Shown: positions 29,406 through 38,166 of the stretch, piece by piece
Numbering within the stretch: the first letter of the stretch is position 1
Layout of the letters: the number at the start of each line of letters is the position of its first letter
Assembly (NCBI GenBank): GCA_044342325.1
Contig: JBIIPZ010000007.1
Span: 1 to 64,000 of the forward strand
Direction of reading: 5' to 3'
Length of the DNA stretch: 64,000 bases
Source: Terrimicrobiaceae bacterium
Lineage (GTDB): Bacteria > Verrucomicrobiota > Verrucomicrobiia > Chthoniobacterales > Terrimicrobiaceae
The notes under the pieces: model-generated
Told to the model about the DNA's origin: nothing
Databases searched by the model: none
What the model saw: only the letters and a program-made list of their open reading frames with translations
Program-made: the position numbers and the translations under genes

Positions 29406-29408
29406 CAT
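29001..29408 (-). CDS. GxxExxY protein (PD-(D/E)XK nuclease-like)
   Basis: [39 protein letters not shown]. Confidence 0.93.
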   Translation of the reverse strand: MLTTEHSENTEEFENNSLTDAIIGAAISVHRELGPGLLESVYEKCLAFELADRGFSATTQQEIPVRYKNLTFDCGFLADLIVENKVLIELKSTDQLLPIHTAQVLTYLKLSNLRTGLLINFNVQLLKNGIKRLSL

Positions 29409-30085
29409 TTCAATAAGCTATCGAAGATCACTAATCCGTCGGTGCTGCCGAGGGCGGCGTCGCAGGCGCGCTCGGGGTGCGGCATGAGGCCGAAGACATT
29501 TCGGGTTTCGTTGCAGATGCCGGCGATGTTTTCGCGGGAGCCGTTGGGGTTTGCGGCGTCGGTGGTCTGGCCTTGGGCATCGCAGTAGCGGACGAGGATT
29601 TGGTCGTTCGCGTTGAGGTCGGCCAGGGTGGTGTCGTCTGCGAAGTAGCATCCCTCGCCGTGGGCGATGGGGATATTGAGGACTTGGCCTTTGGTGGCGG
29701 CGCGGGTGAATCGCGAATTGGTCGATTCTACACGGATGCTTTTGTGTTTGCAGACGAAGTGGAGGCCTTTGTTGCGAACGAGGGCGCCGGGGAGGAGTCC
29801 GCTCTCGCAGAGAATTTGAAAGCCGTTGCAGATGCCGAGGACTGTGCCCCCGGATGCGGCGAAACTTTTTACCGTTTGCATGATCGGCGAGAAGCGGGCG
29901 ATGGCTCCGCAGCGGAGGTAGTCGCCGTAAGAGAAGCCTCCAGGAATGATGACGGCGTCGAAGCCGGCGAGCGAGGTATCCTTGTGCCAGACGAAGTCGG
30001 CAGAGGCGCCGGGAAGGTTATTGAGAGCGAGAACGCAGTCCTGGTCGCAGTTCGAGCCAGGGAAGCGGATGACGGCGAATTTCAT
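29402..30085 (-). CDS. purQ: Phosphoribosylformylglycinamidine synthase subunit PurQ
   Basis: [31 protein letters not shown]. Confidence 0.98.
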   Translation of the reverse strand: MKFAVIRFPGSNCDQDCVLALNNLPGASADFVWHKDTSLAGFDAVIIPGGFSYGDYLRCGAIARFSPIMQTVKSFAASGGTVLGICNGFQILCESGLLPGALVRNKGLHFVCKHKSIRVESTNSRFTRAATKGQVLNIPIAHGEGCYFADDTTLADLNANDQILVRYCDAQGQTTDAANPNGSRENIAGICNETRNVFGLMPHPERACDAALGSTDGLVIFDSLLKC

Positions 30086-30312
30086 TATTTGCTGATCGAG
30101 TAGTCCTCGATGACGGGGTTGGAGAGGAGGTCTTTGGAGATGCGGTGGATTTCGGAGTCTGGCGTCGAGTCGGGGAGTTCGAGTTCGATGACTTTGCCAA
30201 TGCGGACGCGTCCCACGCCGGTGAGGCCGAGGTGGCGTATGGCTTCAGCGGCGGCGGCGCCTTGAGGGTCGAGGACGGATGGTTTCGGCAGAACGGTTAC
30301 GAGGACTTTCAT
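30085..30312 (-). CDS. purS: Phosphoribosylformylglycinamidine synthase subunit PurS
   Basis: [24 protein letters not shown]. Confidence 0.96.
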   Translation of the reverse strand: MKVLVTVLPKPSVLDPQGAAAAEAIRHLGLTGVGRVRIGKVIELELPDSTPDSEIHRISKDLLSNPVIEDYSISK

Positions 30313-31928
30313 GGTGCGGAGGTTTTCGTTTCGGGATGATCTGAACAAGAGGATTTTTTATTTTTTCTGAATTGGATGAGCGAAATGGCGAGTGCAAGCA
30401 GGCTTATGACCAGACAGGAAATCGAAAAGACTTCGCCGTAGCGTGTGAAGAAGGTCGGCTGAGTGGATGTGGGGACATTGATTTTGCTGAAGAGAACGCC
30501 TTGGAGAAAGGTGCTGCCCGAGGGGTCGCGGAGGACCTCGCGGACGACGCCGAGGCGGTCGATGGCACATGTGACACCGGTGTTTGCGGCGCGGATCATG
30601 GGGGTTTTATTTTCTACGCAGCGGAAAATGGCGTTGTTGAGGTGCTGAACCGAGCCAGCGCTTTTGAGAAACCATCCATCATTTGTGACGACCACGAAGG
30701 ATTGGGCTCCGAGCAATGCGAAGCGGCGTGCGAGATCGGCGACGGTATCCTCAAAGCAAACGAGCGGTCCGAGTTTCACTGGCTTTGATTGAAGTTCGAG
30801 GACGGTATATTCCTTTCCGGCGTCGAAGTCCGAGGGCACCAGATCGCCTACGATTTTGGCGAGAAGCGGGAATTCCTCGCGCAGCGGGACATACTCGCCG
30901 AAGGGAACGAGGTGCATTTTGTGGTGGAGTTGGGCTTCCTTCCCCTGCTTGGTCAACAAGGCGATAGAGTTGTAGTCGCCATCGTTGCCCCAGTGGGCTG
31001 TTCCAATGAGGAGGTCTCCCGTGTATTGCTCGGCGAGTCCTCGAACGAGGTCCCAGGTGAATTGATTGCCGAGAAGCGGGTTGGGCGTGGAGGATTCAGG
31101 CCAGAGAATCAGGTCGGGCGCCATGGCGATCGCCGGGAGGGTTTGGTTTTTTAGAGTTTCGAGAACCTCAAGTTCGAAGTTTGGATCGTTGCGGACATTT
31201 TGAGGAATGTTCGGCTGAATGGCGGCGAAGCTGAGTGGTTCGCTAGCTGGTTCCGGGCTGAAAAGTTGCCGGACGCCGTAGCTCCATGTGAGGGCGACCA
31301 AGGCTATGGTGATGGCAAAGTCATAGTGTGCACGCCGCGCGCCGCGTTTGATTTCGAGGAGCAGGCGTTTAACGGTCGCCGCGAGCATGAGGTTGGTCAT
31401 CGCAACCAAAAAGGAAATTCCTCCTACGCCGGTGATGTCGGCGATCTGTATGAGGGCGATATTTTCATGCAGTGCAATGCCGAGACCATTCCATCCGAAG
31501 GCCGGAAAAATAACGCCACGGAGCCATTCCAGTGCGACCCATGCGGCAGCGCCAAGGACGCAGACGCGAAGATTGTGGATCGACCGCAGCCAGGATTCTT
31601 CGCTGGTGCTAGTGTTGACGAGTGCTCTGGCGAACAGCGTCCATGCGCTGAAATAAAACGCGAAATACAAAACAAGCAGCACATAGCCAGGCCAGGTGAG
31701 TGTCGTGAGCCAGTAAGCGCTCATCGCAAAAAAGACCAACCCGCTTGCGTAGCCGAGGCACGCTGTTCTCAGCCAATCCCGCCGCCTCGCCGGCTGGCAA
31801 AACCAGACCGCGCATACAAGCGGGGTTAGCGCCACCCAGCAAAGATCGCCAAGACCAAATGGGGGATAGCACAAACCAAGAAGCAGCCCGCTTAACAATG
31901 CCAAAAACCAAGGAAACACACGCGACAT
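30309..31928 (-). CDS. lnt: Apolipoprotein N-acyltransferase
   Basis: TM N-terminus, QPNIPQ, WPES, KMHLVPFGEY, CFED, TNDGWF, RAANTG. Confidence 0.95.
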   Translation of the reverse strand: MSRVFPWFLALLSGLLLGLCYPPFGLGDLCWVALTPLVCAVWFCQPARRRDWLRTACLGYASGLVFFAMSAYWLTTLTWPGYVLLVLYFAFYFSAWTLFARALVNTSTSEESWLRSIHNLRVCVLGAAAWVALEWLRGVIFPAFGWNGLGIALHENIALIQIADITGVGGISFLVAMTNLMLAATVKRLLLEIKRGARRAHYDFAITIALVALTWSYGVRQLFSPEPASEPLSFAAIQPNIPQNVRNDPNFELEVLETLKNQTLPAIAMAPDLILWPESSTPNPLLGNQFTWDLVRGLAEQYTGDLLIGTAHWGNDGDYNSIALLTKQGKEAQLHHKMHLVPFGEYVPLREEFPLLAKIVGDLVPSDFDAGKEYTVLELQSKPVKLGPLVCFEDTVADLARRFALLGAQSFVVVTNDGWFLKSAGSVQHLNNAIFRCVENKTPMIRAANTGVTCAIDRLGVVREVLRDPSGSTFLQGVLFSKINVPTSTQPTFFTRYGEVFSISCLVISLLALAISLIQFRKNKKSSCSDHPETKTSAP

Positions 31929-32079
31929 GGTGCGAAATACAAAACCCCCGGGAGTGAAAAGACAACGCCCTTCTCGCAACGAGGTCTGTGAGGTTCAGGC
32001 GATGCTGGAATTTGAGCGCTTTTCGGAAAAAGAGACTTTTAATTTGCGGTCGCCAGATTGCTGGATCAAGTTAGGTCAA

Positions 32080-32901
32080 ATGCCCAGTCGACACTGCTTT
32101 CTCGCTCTCATTTTCTTGATTCTGGCACAGGGATTTATCTTTGCCACGGCTGATCTAGAATTTGAAAAGTTTGCCATGAACCTCAGGGAAAAAGCCATTC
32201 TCCGAGTCGAGCCTCCCACTGTTTCCACCCAAGCCCCATCCTCGCTCGGGTTGACCCGATATCCTTGGAAGCGCAACATCGTGACCACTGTTTTCTGGGT
32301 CGGTGAGAAGCCCACGCGGAACAACCCTGTGCCGAATTGCAAGAGTTCATGGGATACGGAGTGGCATCAAAGTTTTGGAGGGTATGACAACCCCGATCCG
32401 AGCACCCGTCGTGGATTTTTCCCGAAGTTCAGTCCGCGTCAGAACCCCTTCTATGTGGCACTTCCTTTTAACGACGTAACTCGCGGAAAGACCAAGCCTG
32501 AGTCGCGCCGTGTGATTCCATGGTTCCGCGAGGCTTTTGAAAAAGAGGGGAAGTCTGTGTGCAAGGGACGCTGGGTGGCAATCCGGCGCGGAAATCGTAT
32601 CGCCTATGCCCAGTGGGAGGATTGCGGTCCCTTCCGAACGGACCACTGGCAGTATGTGTTCGGCAACGAGCGTCCGAGGCCCAACCTCAACCAAGGCGCT
32701 GGGCTCGATGTTTCCCCAGCGGTGCGGGATTATCTTGGTATGAGCGGCAAGGATGTGTGCGATTGGAAATTTGTGGATTTCCGGGAGGTGCCGCCGGGAC
32801 CCTGGACGAAATACGGGGACAACAACACCTTTGTGCTTCAGCAGCGTGGAGCCAATCTGTTCCTCACCGATCGCAATAACGCGCGTGGTGCTCGGCGGTG
32901 A
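32080..32901 (+). CDS. Exported hypothetical protein, possible double-psi beta-barrel fold
   Basis: Signal-like N-terminus; NPFYVALP, WEDCGPF, GLDVSPAV. Confidence 0.65.
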   Translation: MPSRHCFLALIFLILAQGFIFATADLEFEKFAMNLREKAILRVEPPTVSTQAPSSLGLTRYPWKRNIVTTVFWVGEKPTRNNPVPNCKSSWDTEWHQSFGGYDNPDPSTRRGFFPKFSPRQNPFYVALPFNDVTRGKTKPESRRVIPWFREAFEKEGKSVCKGRWVAIRRGNRIAYAQWEDCGPFRTDHWQYVFGNERPRPNLNQGAGLDVSPAVRDYLGMSGKDVCDWKFVDFREVPPGPWTKYGDNNTFVLQQRGANLFLTDRNNARGARR

Positions 32902-32906
32902 TTTTG

Positions 32907-33266
32907 TTATTCCGCCGCGCTCGCCTTGAGTTCCTCGATTGAGGCAAACTCCAGAGTCGAAGCGTGGGTAGCTTCCAAGACGACTCGGGGAGCCATTCCC
33001 GCGTCGTAAGCATCCTTCCATCGACTGGCGCAGAGGCACCACTTGTCGCCGGCCTTTAACCCTGGAAATTCATACTCTGGTCGGGGTGTGGACAGATCGT
33101 TTCCCTGCTCGAGGGAAAACTTCAGGAAGGCATCGGTCATCACCGCGCACACCGTATGCACGCCCGTGTCTCCATTTCCGGTATGGCAATGGCCATCGCG
33201 GTAGTATCCGGTTAGTGGTTCGTAGCAGCAGGGCTCCAGATCGCCTCCTAAAACATTTCTTGCCAT
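32907..33266 (-). CDS. DUF2237 family protein
   Basis: NVLG, TGYYRDGHC, GNDLSTPRPE, WCLCASRW. Confidence 0.9.
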   Translation of the reverse strand: MARNVLGGDLEPCCYEPLTGYYRDGHCHTGNGDTGVHTVCAVMTDAFLKFSLEQGNDLSTPRPEYEFPGLKAGDKWCLCASRWKDAYDAGMAPRVVLEATHASTLEFASIEELKASAAE

Positions 33267-33360
33267 GGGCAACACCTACGCGAACGCCGGAGGCAATTCC
33301 AGATACAAAAAACTTCGTCGCATGGATTGCGGCGTGCGCTTAGTTTCGCGGGCACTGCTC

Positions 33361-34116
33361 ATGATTTTGGAATTACTGGAATGGTGCCTCACGCCTGCCT
33401 CGCTGAGTGCAAGAACCAACGGCCTCCTTGCCGAGCAGATCGCCATACGTCACCGCGCCAATCGTTGCCGCAGTTCATGGCAAAGCCATCTTCAATCCTG
33501 CAAAAGCTTTCTCGCCCGCCAACTTTCCAGCGGGAATCATGTGGCTGTTCTCGGAAGTGGGCATCTGCGCGATATCGACCTCCGGCATTTGAAAAGCAAC
33601 TTCTCCCGCATCACTCTCATTGATGTGGTCCACCCGCTGGAGGTGCAAATCCTGGCATTGTTCTCTGGCGGTCGGATTCAGCTCTGCTCGCGAGATCTCT
33701 CCGGAGCGCTGCATTTGAGGGATCCCTCCCAGCCCATCGCCCTGGACAAAAATCTTCGTAGTCTCTTGGAGGGGGCGGATGCGTTGGTCTCCTGTTGCCT
33801 CCTGACGCAGCTTGCACTGCCGATCGCGCATCGCTGGGGAAAGCGCTTCGACGCCGCCTTGGTCGAAGCCGGCGCGCACAGCATCCAGCAAAATCACATC
33901 GACCTTCTCGAAAGTTCCCCGGCGGCTATTTTGATCACAGACACTGCGCAACGCTATGGCAATGACGAATGGTCTCCGCCGCTCAGCGAGGTCCGCCTGC
34001 CTGCACCCGATCAAAGTTGGCTCTGGGACATCGCTCCCGCCACGGAGCATGGTCTCAAAGGTCTCGGAGCCGAACAACGCCGCGTTGAAGCGTTTGTTTT
34101 AGGTAGGCGTGGTTAG
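33361..34116 (+). CDS. Hypothetical protein (Rossmann/SAM-binding-like motif)
   Basis: VAVLGSG, ITLIDVVH; clean ORF before kdsA. Confidence 0.65.
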   Translation: MILELLEWCLTPASLSARTNGLLAEQIAIRHRANRCRSSWQSHLQSCKSFLARQLSSGNHVAVLGSGHLRDIDLRHLKSNFSRITLIDVVHPLEVQILALFSGGRIQLCSRDLSGALHLRDPSQPIALDKNLRSLLEGADALVSCCLLTQLALPIAHRWGKRFDAALVEAGAHSIQQNHIDLLESSPAAILITDTAQRYGNDEWSPPLSEVRLPAPDQSWLWDIAPATEHGLKGLGAEQRRVEAFVLGRRG

Positions 34117-34165
34117 GACACGAAAATCTTTGCCCATTCGCGACGAGAGAATAGGATATCTGCAC

Positions 34166-34987
34166 ATGGCAAAACGTCGTATTCTCAAGGTCGGCTCTCA
34201 ATCCATTGGAGGGCGTGAGTTGCTTTTCATCCTCGGTCCCTGCGTGATCGAGAGTCCGGCCTTCACCCGTCGCATGGGTGCTAAAATCAAGGCCATTTGT
34301 GATGGCGAAGGCGTTGGATTTGTTTTCAAAGCCTCTTACGACAAGGCAAACCGCACTTCGAACAAATCCTTCCGAGGCACATCCGCTCACGATGGATGCG
34401 CCTTGCTTGCGGAAATCGGCGCCGATCTGGGCGTTCCGGTGACGACGGATATCCACTCTCCGGAAGAGGCGGAAATAGCCGGGCAATTCGTGGACATACT
34501 TCAGATCCCGGCCTTTCTTTGCCGCCAGACCGATCTGATAGTTTCCGCAGCCAAGACAGGCCGCATTGTGAATGTCAAAAAGGGTCAGTTCCTGGCACCT
34601 TGGGACATGAAAAATGTCGCTTTGAAGCTCGAGGCCGCGGGTTGCAAGGATTACATCTTCACTGAGCGGGGCACGACTTTTGGCTACAATAATCTGGTCG
34701 CTGACATGCGTTCCATTCCTTGGATGCAGGAGCTGGGTTGTCCTGTCGTCTTTGACGCCACCCACTCTGTGCAGCGCCCCGGCGGGGCAGGGGAGACCAC
34801 CGGGGGCGATGGCAAGCTGGCACCCGTTCTCGCGCGAGCCGCTGTGGCAGCGGGCTGCGATGGTGTCTTTCTGGAAACCCACGAAAATCCAGCCAAGGCC
34901 TTGTCCGATGGGCCAAATCAAGTGCCGCTCCGCGATCTGCCGCGATTGATCAAACAACTGAAAGCCCTGCGCGATGTCGTGGTCTGA
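34166..34987 (+). CDS. kdsA: 3-deoxy-8-phosphooctulonate (KDO8P) synthase
   Basis: GPCVIES, KASYDKANRTS, QIPAFLCRQTD, KKGQF, DATHSVQ. Confidence 0.97.
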   Translation: MAKRRILKVGSQSIGGRELLFILGPCVIESPAFTRRMGAKIKAICDGEGVGFVFKASYDKANRTSNKSFRGTSAHDGCALLAEIGADLGVPVTTDIHSPEEAEIAGQFVDILQIPAFLCRQTDLIVSAAKTGRIVNVKKGQFLAPWDMKNVALKLEAAGCKDYIFTERGTTFGYNNLVADMRSIPWMQELGCPVVFDATHSVQRPGGAGETTGGDGKLAPVLARAAVAAGCDGVFLETHENPAKALSDGPNQVPLRDLPRLIKQLKALRDVVV

Positions 34988-35429
34988 TTTTTCCCGCATT
35001 CTCGTTCTTGCCTCGATGGTTGCTTCTCTCCATGCCGAGAAAGCCTCCAGTGAACCAGCAGACTTTGATTTGCCTGTTCCAGTCGGCATGCCGGTGAATG
35101 GCATCAAGGTTCCTCAATATGCTGAAGACGGCAGGCGTCTCATGCTTTTCGAGGCGGCCGTTGCGAAAAAAGTCGATGATCAGCGAGTCGAGATGGAGAG
35201 CCTCAAGCTCGAAGCGCTCGATGGCGAAGGGCGGAAAATTTTCGTTGAACTGCCGCAGGCGCTCTTTAACCTCGAAACTCGCATCCTGACCGGAGAAAAT
35301 TCCGCAAAAATCTCTCGCGAGGATTTTGAAATCACCGGTGACAGTATCGAGTTCAACACCAAAACCCGCTTTGGAACCCTGCGGGGAAATGTAAAGATGG
35401 TTATCTCCACAGAAGGAAATCCCAAATGA
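34974..35429 (+). CDS. LptC-like LPS export protein
   Basis: Beta-jellyroll-like pattern; position between kdsA and lptA/lptB. Confidence 0.65.
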   Translation: MSWSDFSRILVLASMVASLHAEKASSEPADFDLPVPVGMPVNGIKVPQYAEDGRRLMLFEAAVAKKVDDQRVEMESLKLEALDGEGRKIFVELPQALFNLETRILTGENSAKISREDFEITGDSIEFNTKTRFGTLRGNVKMVISTEGNPK

Positions 35430-36010
35430 TCAACTGTAAATCCGGCTTTCTGGCTCTCCTGGCCTTAATTTTCACTCTGATTCCGGCTGACGCCCAAGAA
35501 GCCAAAGCCTCCATGTCGGCCGCCCCCAAGACAGGCAAATCTCCCGGCCTTTTTAATATCGCTGGGGGTGAACGCCCGACTGGAGCGAAGACCGAGATCA
35601 CAGCGACCAAGGAATCCAGTTTCGACAGCGAAAAAAATGTCGCCGAATTTACTGGGCGCGTCGTCGTGAGGGATGTTCAGTTCACGCTCACCTGCGACCG
35701 GCTCAAAGTCTCACTCAGCCCCGATCGGAAAGGCATTGCCGTGGCCGAGGCTCAAGGGAATGTTCTCATCGTCCAAGAAAAGTCCGATCCCAAAAGCAAC
35801 GCGCAGCAAGCTATCGGACGCGCGGGAGAGGTGACCTACAAGCCCGACTCCGGCGAGGTCGTGCTCCGCGATTGGCCTTCAATCCAGCAGGGGATCAACA
35901 ACCAGGTTGCCACCGAGCAATCTACCATCATGATCCTGCGTAGCAGCGGTCAATCCCGCACCATTGGTGGAAGCAAAACTCTGATCGCCGACACCGCGAA
36001 GCCGCAATGA
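35426..36010 (+). CDS. LptA/OstA family protein
   Basis: Signal peptide, FTGRVVV, LTCDRL, AQGNVLI; precedes lptB. Confidence 0.8.
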   Translation: MINCKSGFLALLALIFTLIPADAQEAKASMSAAPKTGKSPGLFNIAGGERPTGAKTEITATKESSFDSEKNVAEFTGRVVVRDVQFTLTCDRLKVSLSPDRKGIAVAEAQGNVLIVQEKSDPKSNAQQAIGRAGEVTYKPDSGEVVLRDWPSIQQGINNQVATEQSTIMILRSSGQSRTIGGSKTLIADTAKPQ

Positions 36011-36747
36011 GCGCGATACCGGAAAAACCGCTCCTCCACACCGAAGGTCTCGTGAAGGTTTACAACCGGCGCGCTGTGGTCAATGGCGTCGATATCAATG
36101 TCAAAAAAGGCGAGATCGTTGGACTCCTCGGCCCGAACGGAGCGGGAAAGACAACGACATTTTATATGATCGTCGGCCTCGTGCGCCCGAATGGCGGTAA
36201 GGTGTTTTTTCGTGGCGAAGATGTCACCTCCATGCCGATGTATCGCCGAGCGCGGCATGGCATGGGTTATCTTCCACAGGAGGAATCGATCTTCCGCAAA
36301 CTCACGGTGGAGGAAAACATCCTCGCCATACTGGAGACAACAGGACTTCCCAAGAAGGCTCGCAAAGAACGCTGCGACGAGCTTCTTACCCGCTTCGGCA
36401 TCGAGCACATTGCCAAGAACGAGGCTCTGACCCTTTCGGGAGGAGAAAAGCGCAGGCTCACCATCGCGCGCTCACTGGTCACGAATCCTTCGCTCCTCAT
36501 GCTTGACGAGCCATTCAGCGGCGTCGACCCCATAGCCGTTCATGATGTGCAGCAGATCATTCAAGATTTGCGGGAGCAGGGTCTCGCCATTCTCATTACG
36601 GATCACAATGTTCGTGAAACCCTCAATATCGTAGACCGCGCCTACTTGATCTTCGAAGGCCGTGTGGAGAGTCAGGGGAATAAAGAATTTCTTTTGAACG
36701 ATCCGATCAGCCGCAAGCTCTACTTGGGCGAATCCTTCTCGATGTGA
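36007..36747 (+). CDS. lptB: LPS export ABC transporter ATP-binding protein
   Basis: GPNGAGKTTTFYM, YLPQE.SIFRKL, LSGGE, DEPFSGVDP, TDHNVRETL. Confidence 0.97.
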   Translation: MSAIPEKPLLHTEGLVKVYNRRAVVNGVDINVKKGEIVGLLGPNGAGKTTTFYMIVGLVRPNGGKVFFRGEDVTSMPMYRRARHGMGYLPQEESIFRKLTVEENILAILETTGLPKKARKERCDELLTRFGIEHIAKNEALTLSGGEKRRLTIARSLVTNPSLLMLDEPFSGVDPIAVHDVQQIIQDLREQGLAILITDHNVRETLNIVDRAYLIFEGRVESQGNKEFLLNDPISRKLYLGESFSM

Positions 36748-36829
36748 TCGAGGTTCGCAGTGCTGGTTTGCATAAACGCTCAGCGCGGTTTACTTGTGTC
36801 CCCATTCCGCAGCACTTTTCAAGACTTTC

Positions 36830-37801
36830 ATGCCCGCCAACAGTAAACCGTTTAAAAAAGTAAGCCACATAACGGTTGGCCATTTTTATGCGAATCACGC
36901 AGAGAAGCTCGGGCTCAGGCTGGAAGGCAGTTCGCGCGGCCTGAACCGCCTCATTCGCGAGCCGACCATTAATCGTCCCGGCTTGGCGCTATCCGGTTTC
37001 TTCAGCTACTTCGCCGTGAAACGCATTCAGGTTCTCGGGGCTGCGGAACTCAGCTATCTCAAGAGTCTCCCGGTCGCGACACTCAAGGAACGCGCCCGCG
37101 GGTTGCTCTCCCGCAATATGCCCTGCCTTGTTGTGGCAAGAAACGCTCCGGTTCCCACGGCAATTCTGGACGCCGCCGCCGAGTTCGAGACCCCCGTGCT
37201 TCGCACAAGCATGATTACGATGAAATTTATCAATGCGGCCACGATCCTTCTCGAGACGGATTTCGCGCCCTCAACGACGGAGCACGGGAGCATGGTAAGT
37301 ATTCTGGGCGTCGGAACGCTTATTCGCGGCGCAAGCGGCATCGGAAAGAGTGAGTGTGTTCTTGGCCTCATCGAACGCGGCTACAGCCTTGTCAGTGACG
37401 ATATCACGCGCTTCCGCTCGGTCGAAGGGAGCGAACTCGTCGGCATGTCGGACAGTATTTCGCGCTACCATATGGAAGTTCGCGGTATCGGAATCATCAA
37501 CATCGCCTCAATCTTCGGCGCAGGTTCCGTTGTTCCTCAGAAAAAACTTAACTTCGTCGTCACACTCAAAGATTGGCATGAGGTCGAGAATGTGGATAGG
37601 ATAGGCCTCGACCGTGAAACATATGAAATTCTGGGCATCAAAGTCCCGCATGTCACACTGCCCGTCCGCACTGGGCGCGACATTGCGAGACTGGTCGAGG
37701 TGGCCGCGCTGGACCAAAAGTTGAAAGACATGGGCGAAAACAGCGCACAGGAATTTAATCAAAGACTGCTTCACATGATCAGCGAACGCCGGAACAGATA
37801 A
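36830..37801 (+). CDS. hprK: HPr(Ser) kinase/phosphorylase
   Basis: NRPGLAL, GASGIGKSE, LVSDD, MEVRGIGII. Confidence 0.96.
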   Translation: MPANSKPFKKVSHITVGHFYANHAEKLGLRLEGSSRGLNRLIREPTINRPGLALSGFFSYFAVKRIQVLGAAELSYLKSLPVATLKERARGLLSRNMPCLVVARNAPVPTAILDAAAEFETPVLRTSMITMKFINAATILLETDFAPSTTEHGSMVSILGVGTLIRGASGIGKSECVLGLIERGYSLVSDDITRFRSVEGSELVGMSDSISRYHMEVRGIGIINIASIFGAGSVVPQKKLNFVVTLKDWHEVENVDRIGLDRETYEILGIKVPHVTLPVRTGRDIARLVEVAALDQKLKDMGENSAQEFNQRLLHMISERRNR

Positions 37802-38109
37802 TGGGAATTCTTACGAAAAAAAAGACAGCGGAAGACCTGCAGAAAACAACCTGCGAGGTGACCATCGACAACCGCAACGGCCTCCATGCGCGGCCGGCCG
37901 CCATGTTCGTGAAAATTTCCAGCCGTTACCGCGCTGAGGTCTGGGTTGAAAAAGATGGCGAGCGGGTGAATGGCAAAAGCATTATGGGCCTCATGATGCT
38001 CGCCGCCGGCAAGGGGTCTAAACTCACCATCCTCGCGGAGGGTGTTGATGCCGAAAAAGCTATAGCCGAGATCAAAAATCTCGTTGAAACCCGATTCGGC
38101 GAAGATTGA
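37801..38109 (+). CDS. ptsH: HPr phosphocarrier protein
   Basis: GLHARPAA and KSIMGLMML motifs. Confidence 0.95.
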   Translation: MGILTKKKTAEDLQKTTCEVTIDNRNGLHARPAAMFVKISSRYRAEVWVEKDGERVNGKSIMGLMMLAAGKGSKLTILAEGVDAEKAIAEIKNLVETRFGED

Positions 38110-38166
38110 GGTCCGCGGGCTTCTTCTCATTGCCTCTGATCTTTTTTTCGTTCAAACTGCCTGCAA

